DNA from: a virus
Taxonomy: Duplodnaviria > Heunggongvirae > Uroviricota > Caudoviricetes
Direction: 5' to 3' (one strand)
Virus record (IMG/VR): IMGVR_UViG_2541047766_000003
Length of the DNA stretch: 42,126 nucleotides
Part shown: positions 8,779-18,077 of the stretch, piece after piece
Position numbering within the stretch: position 1 is the stretch's first letter
How the letters are laid out: the number at the start of each line of letters is the position of its first letter
Notes under the pieces: model-generated
Databases searched by the model: none
Told to the model about the DNA's origin: nothing
Seen by the model: only the letters and a program-made list of their open reading frames with translations
Translations under genes and position numbers: made by a program

Positions 8779-8797
8779 GGCACAGGGATGTGCCTTT
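8779..8797 (+). terminator. Hairpin terminator after the Bro-N gene
   Basis: ggcaca-ggga-tgtgcc followed by ttt. Confidence 0.4.
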
Positions 8798-8842
8798 AAA
8801 TAATTCTGTACAGATTGCAGACTGTGGGTGAATAGCGTACTA

Positions 8843-8857
8843 TTACCTTAAAGGTAA
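8843..8857. promoter_or_regulatory. Operator-like palindrome TTACC-TTAAA-GGTAA overlapping RBS region of 8870..9037
   Basis: Identical 15-mer to the 7698 site; ends 13 bp before the ATG. Confidence 0.5.
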
Positions 8858-8869
8858 AGGAGGCGCGAT

Positions 8870-9037
8870 ATGACAGCGTTGAAAAATCGTACTCAGCACA
8901 ATAAACAAGCCAAGCAATGCTGGGATGTCATTGGAAAAGTTATGCTTGGCCGCGCAAGCAAAGAGCGCGACAAGGATATGGTTTACCAGACAGGAACATC
9001 TTTCAGCGACTTCAAGGCGGCATTTCGCTCCAAATAG
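8870..9037 (+). CDS. Small basic protein (55 aa), unknown function
   Basis: Strong RBS aaggagg 7 nt before ATG; not in the ORF track because under 60 aa. Confidence 0.5.
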   Translation: MTALKNRTQHNKQAKQCWDVIGKVMLGRASKERDKDMVYQTGTSFSDFKAAFRSK

Positions 9038-9057
9038 AAGCACATCAGGAGTTTTCC

Positions 9058-9498
9058 TTGAAGTTTAACATTAGAATATCTAATAGTTTTCTACATGGGG
9101 AAAGCAACACCCCTTTCGCTGTAGACGGACCTTTCCTTACTGATGATGAAATAAAAATCATACAAAGTTTTTTAGAGGATGTTGCCAATGGAAGGGCGCT
9201 TGTTGGAAAAAACAAGCCCTCGTGGGTTGATGATAACCATGATAAAATTCCCGGCTCAGACAATTATGAGCAAGAGAATTATTGGCATTATCATTGTGGG
9301 CCAACATGGTATCCAAACACATTTAAGAATTATACCATTAACTTAAATTTCAACCCTGGCGGAAGGCATTCTAATGAATGCATTCATTATGCAAAAAATG
9401 ATAATGAAATTGTCATTGTTGGATTTTCAAGAGAACACATACCTTTCCTTTCATCAGATGGAAACAACAATCCGCTTTTTAATGATGAAGAAGAATAG
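9058..9498 (+). CDS. Hypothetical AT-rich accessory protein (~146 aa), probable TTG start
   Basis: Open frame has no internal Met after the track start at 8917; RBS caggag 5 nt before TTG 9058; AT-rich; acidic C-terminal tail. Confidence 0.45.
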   Translation: MKFNIRISNSFLHGESNTPFAVDGPFLTDDEIKIIQSFLEDVANGRALVGKNKPSWVDDNHDKIPGSDNYEQENYWHYHCGPTWYPNTFKNYTINLNFNPGGRHSNECIHYAKNDNEIVIVGFSREHIPFLSSDGNNNPLFNDEEE

Positions 9499-9518
9499 CC
9501 CGCGCTGCGGGCTTTTTT
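9498..9518 (+). terminator. Rho-independent terminator
   Basis: gcccgc-gct-gcgggc followed by tttttt. Confidence 0.65.
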
Positions 9519-9590
9519 GTGGACGAAACAAAAGTCAGTGCTACACTCATTGACGCCACATTGAGGTGGCTTATAGATGGAAATTTCACA

Positions 9591-9752
9591 ATGAAAAAAG
9601 CATTTGCTGCACTGTTCGTTTTATTGTCTCTGGTAGCTTCAACTCAGGCCTTTGCCGGTCGTTGTCAGCACGACAGCGACACTGCTGCTGACGGCTCCCG
9701 CTGCGGTGGGCGTTCTGCGGATTCCCGCCCTGGCGGCGGTGGCATTCGTTAA
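9591..9752 (+). CDS. Small secreted peptide (signal peptide plus ~31-aa Gly/Arg/Asp-rich mature region with 2 Cys)
   Basis: MKKAFAALFVLLSLVASTQAFA then GRCQHDSDTAADGSRCGG...; weak RBS. Confidence 0.4.
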   Translation: MKKAFAALFVLLSLVASTQAFAGRCQHDSDTAADGSRCGGRSADSRPGGGGIR

Positions 9753-9758
9753 AAACAA

Positions 9759-9774
9759 GGCCGCGAAAGCGGCC
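9759..9774. terminator. Bidirectional hairpin terminator
   Basis: ggccgc-gaaa-gcggcc with U-runs on both strands; probable 3' end of the minus-strand late operon. Confidence 0.55.
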
Positions 9775-9783
9775 TGTGACATG

Positions 9784-10080
9784 TCACGTTCCTTTTCTGA
9801 ATGATAGCCGTTCGAAAAATGATGACATTCCACCGCAGACAATAGCAAAGATGATCCCACCAAAGAAGAGAAGGCCAGCCTGCCACCACTCCCACCGCCA
9901 TACATCCACAGCGCCAACCATACCAACAATCGCTCCAACAAATGGAATATAGCTCACGATGAAAGCAATGGGGGCTGCAATTATCCAGTGCAATCCCCAC
10001 CATGATTCAAGCCCAGCCATAATTGCTGCCAACTGAAAAAGACCAACGACGATATAAACAATGAATCCTATAGCTTGCAT
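9784..10080 (-). CDS. Small multi-TM membrane protein
   Basis: Three hydrophobic helices, Trp-rich. Confidence 0.55.
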   Translation of the reverse strand: MQAIGFIVYIVVGLFQLAAIMAGLESWWGLHWIIAAPIAFIVSYIPFVGAIVGMVGAVDVWRWEWWQAGLLFFGGIIFAIVCGGMSSFFERLSFRKGT

Positions 10081-10275
10081 GTAGTCACCTATTTACCCAG
10101 TAAAAATCAGAGGCCTCCCCTCAATAAGGCTTGCAACAAGAACTATTCCCTGCACAACAAAGATGAACCAGCAAATAGCTTGAGTCTGAGGGTTAAGAAA
10201 ATATTTGTAGCGGTCAATAAATAACAACCCACCAGAAATTATCACACTCAAAATAATTAAAAACACAACACTTCC

Positions 10276-12750
10276 TTATTGCGGAGTGACATCCTGAGGT
10301 CGCCACCAGTATGTCTGATTAAACTCTTTCTTCGAACGTTGCTCCATTTTGCGCAAATAGCCTGGTGAAAAATACTCCTGCATCTGGTTAAAGATCATGT
10401 GATCGAGAGCCGCCTTCAAGTACCAGAGATTCGCACCTGGCATCAAACCTTTCCCCAGTTTCACCAGATCACCTCCAGTCTGCTCACTCTTCCCTTCCAC
10501 AGCATTTAGCGGTATGCCCTGAGCAATCTTCACTACGTCATCAACCAGACCAGCTACCGGGCCAAGCATCGACGCCAGCGCGCCGCTTCCGTACCTAGTG
10601 TGATCTGACAATAAAAAGTCACCGTAAAGACCAAGACCACCACCTTTCAGTAGAGCACCAAGCCAGAATTTTGCGGCATCTTCTCCTGTCATCTCTCGAG
10701 GATTACGACCAGACGCAAGGTCGTTAAGTTGCTGCGACAAAGCGCCAAGAATGGTCGTACTGGCAATAAACGTCGCAATATATGCCGCACGACCACCAGC
10801 AGACGGCATACCCATAGCGCGTGACCAGTGACGCATAACAACCGAGATAGGGAACGATTTAAACAGGAAAACACTTCTCGTTAATTCACCTTTCCATGTT
10901 CCACGCTGAATACCAGAACCGGTTATCAGTTGCTCACGTGCTCCCGGTGTAATAACAGCCATATCAACTTCTTCAGTTACGGCACCGAGCAGTTTACGCA
11001 TTGCCTCAAATTTCACGCGTTCAGGCTCACCAAGATGTTTAACTGCTGAATCAGGGATACGCATAATGCTTTCCGGTGTCAGCATCGTATTATTACCGTT
11101 CCCCCAGTCCTCTTGTTGCGCCAGCTTCCATACGCTCCAGTCTGTGTCAGTAATCCCTTTGCTTTTCAGGATACGAAAATCAGAGTCATCGAGGCTACGA
11201 AGGTCTGGTGTCCGTGACACTACTTCTCCCAGGCTTCCCATCATAGTTACGCCATAGGCGCGCTTGTGCGCATCTGACCATGCTGTAAGCCCACTGGCAC
11301 GCATTACCGCCGTTGCCGCCCAACGAGACACAGACGGCCCCATATTATCCATCGCCCAGCGGTTAACGCTGCCAAGTAGAGATTCCATCGCCAGACCAGC
11401 GCGGCGCGCCCGCGCAAGTTCTGTACGGTTCGTTGGGTCCATAGCTTCAAGCTGGTTGCGGAATAACTGGTTCATTGGAAGGTTGGTAACCTTCGCAGAC
11501 AGATACATGGTTCCAAGGTCAGAGAACGATGACAGCAACGCGGATCCGAGTCTGCTGGCAACCAACCAGTTGCGGATATTGTCAGACCATCGCGCGATGT
11601 GCGGATTCGCTACAGGCTGTGTCTTTCCGGAAATAAAGTTGTACAGATTCTCTGTGTTGTTCGCCAGCCGCTCGACTTTACCGGTTTTACTCGGGTTAGC
11701 TGTTGCCGTTTCTGCCTTCACCTGATCAAGAAGAGAGCGGAAAACATGATCGGGGTTTGGGCCATATGTTTCCACCAGTGCAATATCTTTACTGATACCT
11801 TCAAGGTGACCGACCATGATTTCCCATAGAGAGCGATCGCCATAAAGTTGCTGATATTGCAGATAGGAATCTGCATCTTTGAAATGTATCTGTCGTGATG
11901 CATTACCACGGTTAGCACGTGCGCCGGAAATTCGCATTCCGGTATCAGTAAGCTTATTCAGCCCACCTGTAGCGATCGTGTTATAAGCCTCTCCAAGAAA
12001 TGCAGACAACTCGTCATCGTTCATCAGTTGTCCATCGGCTCGGGTATAATATTTGCGATCCAGCTTACCTATAACATCGCTAACCCATTTATCTTTTGAT
12101 ACCGCACCAACCTTTTCCATAGAATGATGTTGAGGGATCCCCCAGTTTTCGAGATAGCCAATGTCCCCACCAGCATCATTAAACCTGCGGCGGAGTAGAT
12201 CTGTCACTTCTCTCCACGCCTTAGCACCTTTTCTTGCTTTAGCATTGCCAGTATTTTGCCCTCGCATTTCATATACCAGGTCACGCACGCCAGCTTCATC
12301 TTCAAACAGGCCAAAAAAGCGAGGATCAACTGCTTCGAATGCCTCCTGCAATTGACTCAATGCATAATCACGAGTGGCTTTTGTTCTGGACTCAACAGAG
12401 AGGAAATTCGATTTACCGTCTGCATTAAAAGCAATAGTACGGTTAAGAGCGCCAAGTTTCCCATCAGCCCCTTGATAGCTATTGATAAATTTATCCAATC
12501 TCTGACGTGCAGCTATAGTGAGAGCCACACGACGTTTCTTTAATGCCGCTTCTCGCTGTAATTCTTCAGATGCCAATTGTGCTGCACGATACAGCCGCTC
12601 TGACTCGGAAAGTTGTCGCCACGACATAGGGTCATCACGAGCAATGGAGCGCATATTGCGATAAATGCGGTCTTCAATGTTCTGTATTTCTCGCGCCGTT
12701 AACGTGCGCTGCGCCGCCTTCTGGACCGCTTGTATACATTCCTGTCTCAT
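10276..12750 (-). CDS. Large virion/ejection (internal core) protein
   Basis: 824 aa, last of four consecutive large ORFs downstream of the gp11/gp12-like tail genes, as in podoviruses. Confidence 0.7.
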   Translation of the reverse strand: MRQECIQAVQKAAQRTLTAREIQNIEDRIYRNMRSIARDDPMSWRQLSESERLYRAAQLASEELQREAALKKRRVALTIAARQRLDKFINSYQGADGKLGALNRTIAFNADGKSNFLSVESRTKATRDYALSQLQEAFEAVDPRFFGLFEDEAGVRDLVYEMRGQNTGNAKARKGAKAWREVTDLLRRRFNDAGGDIGYLENWGIPQHHSMEKVGAVSKDKWVSDVIGKLDRKYYTRADGQLMNDDELSAFLGEAYNTIATGGLNKLTDTGMRISGARANRGNASRQIHFKDADSYLQYQQLYGDRSLWEIMVGHLEGISKDIALVETYGPNPDHVFRSLLDQVKAETATANPSKTGKVERLANNTENLYNFISGKTQPVANPHIARWSDNIRNWLVASRLGSALLSSFSDLGTMYLSAKVTNLPMNQLFRNQLEAMDPTNRTELARARRAGLAMESLLGSVNRWAMDNMGPSVSRWAATAVMRASGLTAWSDAHKRAYGVTMMGSLGEVVSRTPDLRSLDDSDFRILKSKGITDTDWSVWKLAQQEDWGNGNNTMLTPESIMRIPDSAVKHLGEPERVKFEAMRKLLGAVTEEVDMAVITPGAREQLITGSGIQRGTWKGELTRSVFLFKSFPISVVMRHWSRAMGMPSAGGRAAYIATFIASTTILGALSQQLNDLASGRNPREMTGEDAAKFWLGALLKGGGLGLYGDFLLSDHTRYGSGALASMLGPVAGLVDDVVKIAQGIPLNAVEGKSEQTGGDLVKLGKGLMPGANLWYLKAALDHMIFNQMQEYFSPGYLRKMEQRSKKEFNQTYWWRPQDVTPQ

Positions 12751-12755
12751 TTAAT

Positions 12756-14558
12756 TTAACCTCTCAAGAAACACGCCACAGCAACATCAAACAGGCTGGA
12801 ATCCTGTATTGCCTGCTCACTTTCCCTGTTAGCTTCATCCAGTACTTCACGCGCACTGCGCGATTGTGGATTACCATCATCATCCAGCACGGTGATTATC
12901 ATGTCAGGTGATTCAAGCAGCGAGTCTTCAGCTATACGCAGATCAATATCTCCTGCCGGATCTGCCATCATTTTTTGTTCTGTCTGTTGCAATATCTTAC
13001 CGGGCTCAAAAGGAGCTACTTCGTCTGGCGTCCTGACCTCTGCTGTTTTATAGAATGAAACAGCCTGAGCATTAAGTTCACTTTCTGCCTGCTGTCGCCG
13101 TGCCAGTTCTGCTCGAGCTTCAAAAAACTGACCTCCAGGCTCGTGCGGTGCCAACGCGTTACGGGAAAATTCCAGGCGTTCTTGTGCCTGCCGGATTCGT
13201 TGATCAATATCACGAAGTCTGGCCTGTTTATCTGATCGAGCACGAGACAAAGCTTTACCGCTACCGGTTGGCTCTTCTGCAAGAATTTGTGCACGCTGTT
13301 CAGTGAGATTTTCAATAATTCGTTGGCTATTAGCGATTTCAGACTGGTAAACCTGTCTATCTCCACGCGGCAAAAGCTGCGCGGCCTGTTCTTCAAGCAA
13401 CCGATTTTCTATAGCGCGCGCCGTTACTCCATCATCTACAGATGACAGAGCCTCATTAACTGCCTGAGACAGCAGACTCTTGCGCTCTGGAATTTCACTG
13501 AAAGATGCAGACTCAACAATGCTGGCAACGTCTACAGGTCTCCCCTGGCTAACATCAGACATAGCTTTTCGCAGAGCCTGAATGTGAGAATTGCGCGAAA
13601 GCACGTTGATCGGCACGCCGGGAGCAATATCAATTTCAGCATGATGAGCGGCATTCGCCGCCAGTGCAGCATCGACATCAACTGGTGAAAAATTTGGTGC
13701 GCTTGTAGACTCGCCGCGAGAGTTAATAAATCTGCCGACACCACCAAACGCCACCCCAAGAACAGCATCAATAGCAATTGCCTGTCGATCCAACACATCA
13801 TACTGGTTAGCCATTTCGCTATAGCCACCATCACGAAGCGTTTTTGCAGTAAGCCCACGCTGTGCCATACCGAACGCAATATTTGTACCTGCGGCATAGG
13901 CAATATCTGGCGTTGCACGTACTGCTGTTGCTGCGGCGCGTCGCACTGAACTCTCACCCGTCCGCGCGAGCTGAGCCGCCACACCTTCCGCCAGCGCACC
14001 ACCAGCACGTAACCCGAGGCTCATAGGGATCAATGTTCCGGCACCAGCAGTAATGCCCTGCACTAATCCCGCTTCCTGCGCTGTCCTGAAATCAACACCC
14101 TGTGCTGTCAGCCGTTCAAACTCAGAAAAACCCTGTAGCGAAGTTACCGCCGCTGCACCTCCGACCGGACCACCGAGCGTTGTACCGACAACAGCCTGCC
14201 CGCCCATATCGAACAACCCATAAAGAACCTGCCCTGCGGTTCCGGTTGTCGCGGCATCAGGCGTCAGCCGCTTAACCTGCTGCTCTGCTAGTTTTCTCTG
14301 CTCGGCAATGTATGAAACTGAAGTGTCATTGAGCGAGGTGTTTTCGTTAACAAACTGAGCAATCGGGGATACGATTTTATCCATCCCTGCCCATAGCAAC
14401 TGATCTGGCTTTGCCACCAGCCCGGAGTACAAACCAGACAATGCCGCTCCTACAGCATTGTCGAAAAAACCAACATCGCTGTTAAAGCCAGCTGGATTTG
14501 ATACTGCTTCGTCAAGCTGCTGATTCTGGTTTACTGGATTAAGGCCAAAGTAACTCAT
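12756..14558 (-). CDS. Virion/ejection protein
   Basis: 600 aa, Ala/Gly-rich N-terminal part, coiled-coil C-terminal part; operon position. Confidence 0.7.
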   Translation of the reverse strand: MSYFGLNPVNQNQQLDEAVSNPAGFNSDVGFFDNAVGAALSGLYSGLVAKPDQLLWAGMDKIVSPIAQFVNENTSLNDTSVSYIAEQRKLAEQQVKRLTPDAATTGTAGQVLYGLFDMGGQAVVGTTLGGPVGGAAAVTSLQGFSEFERLTAQGVDFRTAQEAGLVQGITAGAGTLIPMSLGLRAGGALAEGVAAQLARTGESSVRRAAATAVRATPDIAYAAGTNIAFGMAQRGLTAKTLRDGGYSEMANQYDVLDRQAIAIDAVLGVAFGGVGRFINSRGESTSAPNFSPVDVDAALAANAAHHAEIDIAPGVPINVLSRNSHIQALRKAMSDVSQGRPVDVASIVESASFSEIPERKSLLSQAVNEALSSVDDGVTARAIENRLLEEQAAQLLPRGDRQVYQSEIANSQRIIENLTEQRAQILAEEPTGSGKALSRARSDKQARLRDIDQRIRQAQERLEFSRNALAPHEPGGQFFEARAELARRQQAESELNAQAVSFYKTAEVRTPDEVAPFEPGKILQQTEQKMMADPAGDIDLRIAEDSLLESPDMIITVLDDDGNPQSRSAREVLDEANRESEQAIQDSSLFDVAVACFLRG

Positions 14559-17068
14559 TGCGGAATATCTCCGGAGAATCTCTGACGCTTCTGTGTCAGA
14601 TCAAGAACAACAGGAGAACCATCATCTTTCAGCAGATAACCAGTACCAAGTTTCACCAGATACTGACTATCGCCGTAACTTTGCAAACCATACTGACCAG
14701 GCGGTGTTTTTATCCCAGTGCCGACAACTTGTTCATTCCAAGCCTGATTAACCTGCTTATCGAATTGCTCTGCAGACATTCCCCACGGCAAAAGGACATT
14801 CCCCATTCCGTTATAGTCATGCACGCCACCTGTAGCTACGTTAACAGCCTGTTTCCAGGTATCAGTGTCAATTTCACCTGATATCACGCCTTTTTTCGCC
14901 ATCACACCAGCGTAATAGTCCTTTGCGATCTCGTATGCCATTGATGCCCCCTGAGCATCACCAGCAAATGCATCCTTCACCATGTCAGAAAACTCAAGGC
15001 GAAGATCAGCATCTTTAGGCATCGGAATACCTTTCGCATCATCAGTACCTTTACGAGCCGCCGCGCCAGCAAGAATTGTCTGCGCAGCGGTTTCAGGAGA
15101 CACGGAAACATCCGGATTAAACCAGTTTTTTTCTGCCAAAATACCACCAGGCTTGTCCATCAGTATCCCGGCAACGGCAGCAGATGGAGCGTTGGCACTG
15201 ATCTGCTGTAGTGCTGACATATACACCTGCCCACCACCAGTGCTCTGCCTGATGGTATCGAGATATGCTGCCTGTTGGGAAACTGGAGCATCACGAAAGA
15301 AAACACCGATCTGATTGGCCTCGTCTTTGGAAAAGAACGTCAGTGGAGTGCCATATGACTTAGCAAGGTCACTGACCTGAGCGGCACGCAAGGCAACGCT
15401 CTGTCCAAAGTTATCCTTATTGCTCATGTCGATAGGCTTTGTCTGTCCGGAGGCAAGAGAGAACTGCACAGGATCCGACTGCCGCTGCTTTATCACCTGA
15501 TTTGCAGCCGAAACAACGTTGTCATAAAGAGCTGCGCGTGCCGCATACCCCTCCCCTGTTTCACCAGTATCCGGGCGCAATTTCTCAACATATGCGGTAA
15601 TGCTGCTTGTCGGCATGTTGCGGAAAGAGCCTATATACTGTCCGGCGATCTGCGTATTTCTGAACTCGGTATATCGCAGGTTTCCTTCTCTGACGCCATA
15701 AGCTGCAATAAAATCATCCTCACCTGGTGGGTTAGGAAATTCAACGCCACGCATATACGCAGCCGTCGCATCGCGAACCCGGCTGTCGAGCATCGTTTTA
15801 TATTCAGCCTGCTGTTGTCTGGCTAGTGCATCAGTCTGTCGCAACACGCTGGCCTGATCTGATTCACTTAAAGCATCGAACCAGGCTACACCGGTATAAC
15901 GTTTATTTTTTGTCGGTAGCTGAGAAAGCCCCAGAGCAGCACTAACACCTGCAGTTAACTGCTGATCACTGTATGGCTGGCTACCGTTTTCATGATGGAT
16001 AATGGCTGCACAAAGCGCCTTCAGGGTATCAGGATTTGATGCATCGAGAGGCTCATCAGCAGAAACGCCAAGTTGTTCGCACACTGCTTTGATATACGAC
16101 ATAGTGTCATTTTTATCAGTAGGCGGTGCCCAGCGATTAATTATCTCGCTGACGGTATCAATACCCTGCCGCTGATACGACATCAGGTTCCGCCCTAATG
16201 CACGAATACCGTGTTCAGGGGTTTCGAATTTGGCAAAGCGACCATCATCACCAGTCTGCCCAACCCACGGATTAGTTTTGCTGTATTCAAGATTGCCGGG
16301 GTTATTGTTGCGTATACCGCGGGTACGATCGGAAGAGCCACTATCTGCTACAGCACGGCGAGATCCAGCAGCAGTATCGCTTAACTCGCCGTTTTGCTGT
16401 CTTACCTGAAGATAGTTTGCTCCAATAGCATTTTGAGCAGTTGCTTTTGCTGTTGCTTCTTTAAACTCGATTTTCTTGGCCTGGATTTGCTCGTCACTCC
16501 AGCCATGTGCAATGCCGTAATCCTCAATTTGCTGGAAAGTTTGCTTATTAGCCAATACGTATGCGACGTTGTCGCCATACAATGCTGCGGCATTTTTACC
16601 ATTGTTCAGCAGCGTAGCCTGAAACTGGCCTTCTTCGTAGGCATTTATTTGCCCTATCTCGTGCCGCCCTGCCTGCGTAGTGAACTGAATGCGCTGCTGC
16701 TGCGCCTGCTGCATGAAAGCATTACGAGCCTGTTCATCCGGCAGCGACATAGCCAGTTGTTCGACCTGAGCATCAAACTGCTGCGTATACTCCTGACCTT
16801 TTCCAATAGCATTTTTCCCTTTCAGGTTAAGCAATCCTGTTTCAGGATTATTCAGCAGATCACTGCTTATCTGACTGAGGTTAAGAGATGCCTCCTGAGC
16901 CAGAGCGATATTGGCACGCTGTTTTGCCTGACCAAAAACATCAATTGCCTCTGTCCCTGCCCGAACAAAAGCATCACCAATACCTGGCTGAGAAAACGTC
17001 TGCAAGCCTGCTGACTGAACTCCACGGCTCTGAACCTGACGGCCGGATACTGTTGGTACGACTGGCAT
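14555..17068 (-). CDS. Virion/ejection protein with GIRNNNPGN motif
   Basis: Start set at ATG overlapping upstream stop (TAATG) with RBS ggagg; the track ORF extends to 17143. Confidence 0.7.
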   Translation of the reverse strand: MPVVPTVSGRQVQSRGVQSAGLQTFSQPGIGDAFVRAGTEAIDVFGQAKQRANIALAQEASLNLSQISSDLLNNPETGLLNLKGKNAIGKGQEYTQQFDAQVEQLAMSLPDEQARNAFMQQAQQQRIQFTTQAGRHEIGQINAYEEGQFQATLLNNGKNAAALYGDNVAYVLANKQTFQQIEDYGIAHGWSDEQIQAKKIEFKEATAKATAQNAIGANYLQVRQQNGELSDTAAGSRRAVADSGSSDRTRGIRNNNPGNLEYSKTNPWVGQTGDDGRFAKFETPEHGIRALGRNLMSYQRQGIDTVSEIINRWAPPTDKNDTMSYIKAVCEQLGVSADEPLDASNPDTLKALCAAIIHHENGSQPYSDQQLTAGVSAALGLSQLPTKNKRYTGVAWFDALSESDQASVLRQTDALARQQQAEYKTMLDSRVRDATAAYMRGVEFPNPPGEDDFIAAYGVREGNLRYTEFRNTQIAGQYIGSFRNMPTSSITAYVEKLRPDTGETGEGYAARAALYDNVVSAANQVIKQRQSDPVQFSLASGQTKPIDMSNKDNFGQSVALRAAQVSDLAKSYGTPLTFFSKDEANQIGVFFRDAPVSQQAAYLDTIRQSTGGGQVYMSALQQISANAPSAAVAGILMDKPGGILAEKNWFNPDVSVSPETAAQTILAGAAARKGTDDAKGIPMPKDADLRLEFSDMVKDAFAGDAQGASMAYEIAKDYYAGVMAKKGVISGEIDTDTWKQAVNVATGGVHDYNGMGNVLLPWGMSAEQFDKQVNQAWNEQVVGTGIKTPPGQYGLQSYGDSQYLVKLGTGYLLKDDGSPVVLDLTQKRQRFSGDIPQ

Positions 17069-17613
17069 TATAATCCTCCGGGTAATCTGGTTCCTGCTGC
17101 TGCCCCGATTGGCGCAGGGGTGCTTTGAGTAAACGGACTCCACGTCCCACCAAACATCTGGTACGCACCGTATGCCTTCAGAGGCGCAGTGAGCAATGTT
17201 GTTGCTGCTCCCACATTCCCCTGTTTACGGGCTGAACTGGCTTCTGCTTTATAGTTGGCAGCCTGAACCTGATAACCGTAAGCCTCGCGTTGCGCGTTAT
17301 TCACCGTCGTCAGCGAATCAAGAGCGCCAAACTGAGCAGTGTCACCAAATATATCCAGCGCGTTACCTGTAGATAAATCGGCGCCGGTCGCCCCCATTGT
17401 CGCCGCCTGTGTACCAAGCCGCTGTCGGGTCTCTCTGCGCCGTTGCTCAGCTTCAGCGTTACCCCTGTTTATTGCATCATTTGCCTGAGCTGTGGCTATA
17501 TCTGCGTTCGCTTCTGCAACCTTCGAGGCATACCTTACCTGTTGGTACTGGGTGTATGCCTGAATGCCACTCATGGCGAGCATTGCGCCACCAGCAATAA
17601 CCGGATCGCACAT
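17068..17613 (-). CDS. Internal virion protein (gp14-like position)
   Basis: 181 aa, Ala/Gln-rich, in the tail/core operon. Confidence 0.6.
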   Translation of the reverse strand: MCDPVIAGGAMLAMSGIQAYTQYQQVRYASKVAEANADIATAQANDAINRGNAEAEQRRRETRQRLGTQAATMGATGADLSTGNALDIFGDTAQFGALDSLTTVNNAQREAYGYQVQAANYKAEASSARKQGNVGAATTLLTAPLKAYGAYQMFGGTWSPFTQSTPAPIGAAAGTRLPGGL

Positions 17614-18077
17614 TATTTTCTCTCCATGTGAAATCTGTGGAAATTAAGACCAAGAGCACCATAAGGCGCGGCTTCTTCAAGCCTGAATCCAAGCCAGTGC
17701 AGCCATGCTTTGGCAACATGGTTTCGCTCGTCGACGTAGTTTTCCAGGCGCGGATAAACTGCCAGCATCTGCTGCAATACAGGGCGGCAGTGGCGCAGAA
17801 ATGTCTTCTGATATTTTTCAATACGGCTGGTTCCTACCAGCCAGGGCGTACCATTGCCACCGATCATTGACGCCGGAGATACACCAAACATGGTTACCAG
17901 TTCTCCGTTCGCGAACCCTGACCAGGCCATAGTCGCAGTGCGAAGACCAACGCGCAGCGCATCTTCGGTAGTCATCAGCGATACCGCATACAGTTCGTCA
18001 ATATCAGCCTGACGAACATCCGGCAAAATCATCTGAAGATGCTCTTCGGTAGCGGGAATAATTTGAACATCGATCAT
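17613..18077 (-). CDS. Virion assembly protein (gp13-like position)
   Basis: 154 aa directly after the tail tubular B-like gene. Confidence 0.55.
   Translation of the reverse strand: MIDVQIIPATEEHLQMILPDVRQADIDELYAVSLMTTEDALRVGLRTATMAWSGFANGELVTMFGVSPASMIGGNGTPWLVGTSRIEKYQKTFLRHCRPVLQQMLAVYPRLENYVDERNHVAKAWLHWLGFRLEEAAPYGALGLNFHRFHMERK

Noticed and set aside
8917-9498. 193-aa ATG-initiated ORF from the track
   Set aside because: Its first ~47 codons are the alternate frame of a small ORF with a strong RBS (8870..9037), and the rest has no Met codon; re-called as two genes with a TTG start at 9058. A programmed frameshift cannot be excluded.
13532-14008. Antisense and shadow ORFs inside large genes (e.g. 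13532..14008, 16394..17014, 20105..20809, 24480..25217, 2450..3106)
   Set aside because: Each lies wholly within a longer, better-supported ORF with phage-protein-like sequence on the other strand or frame.
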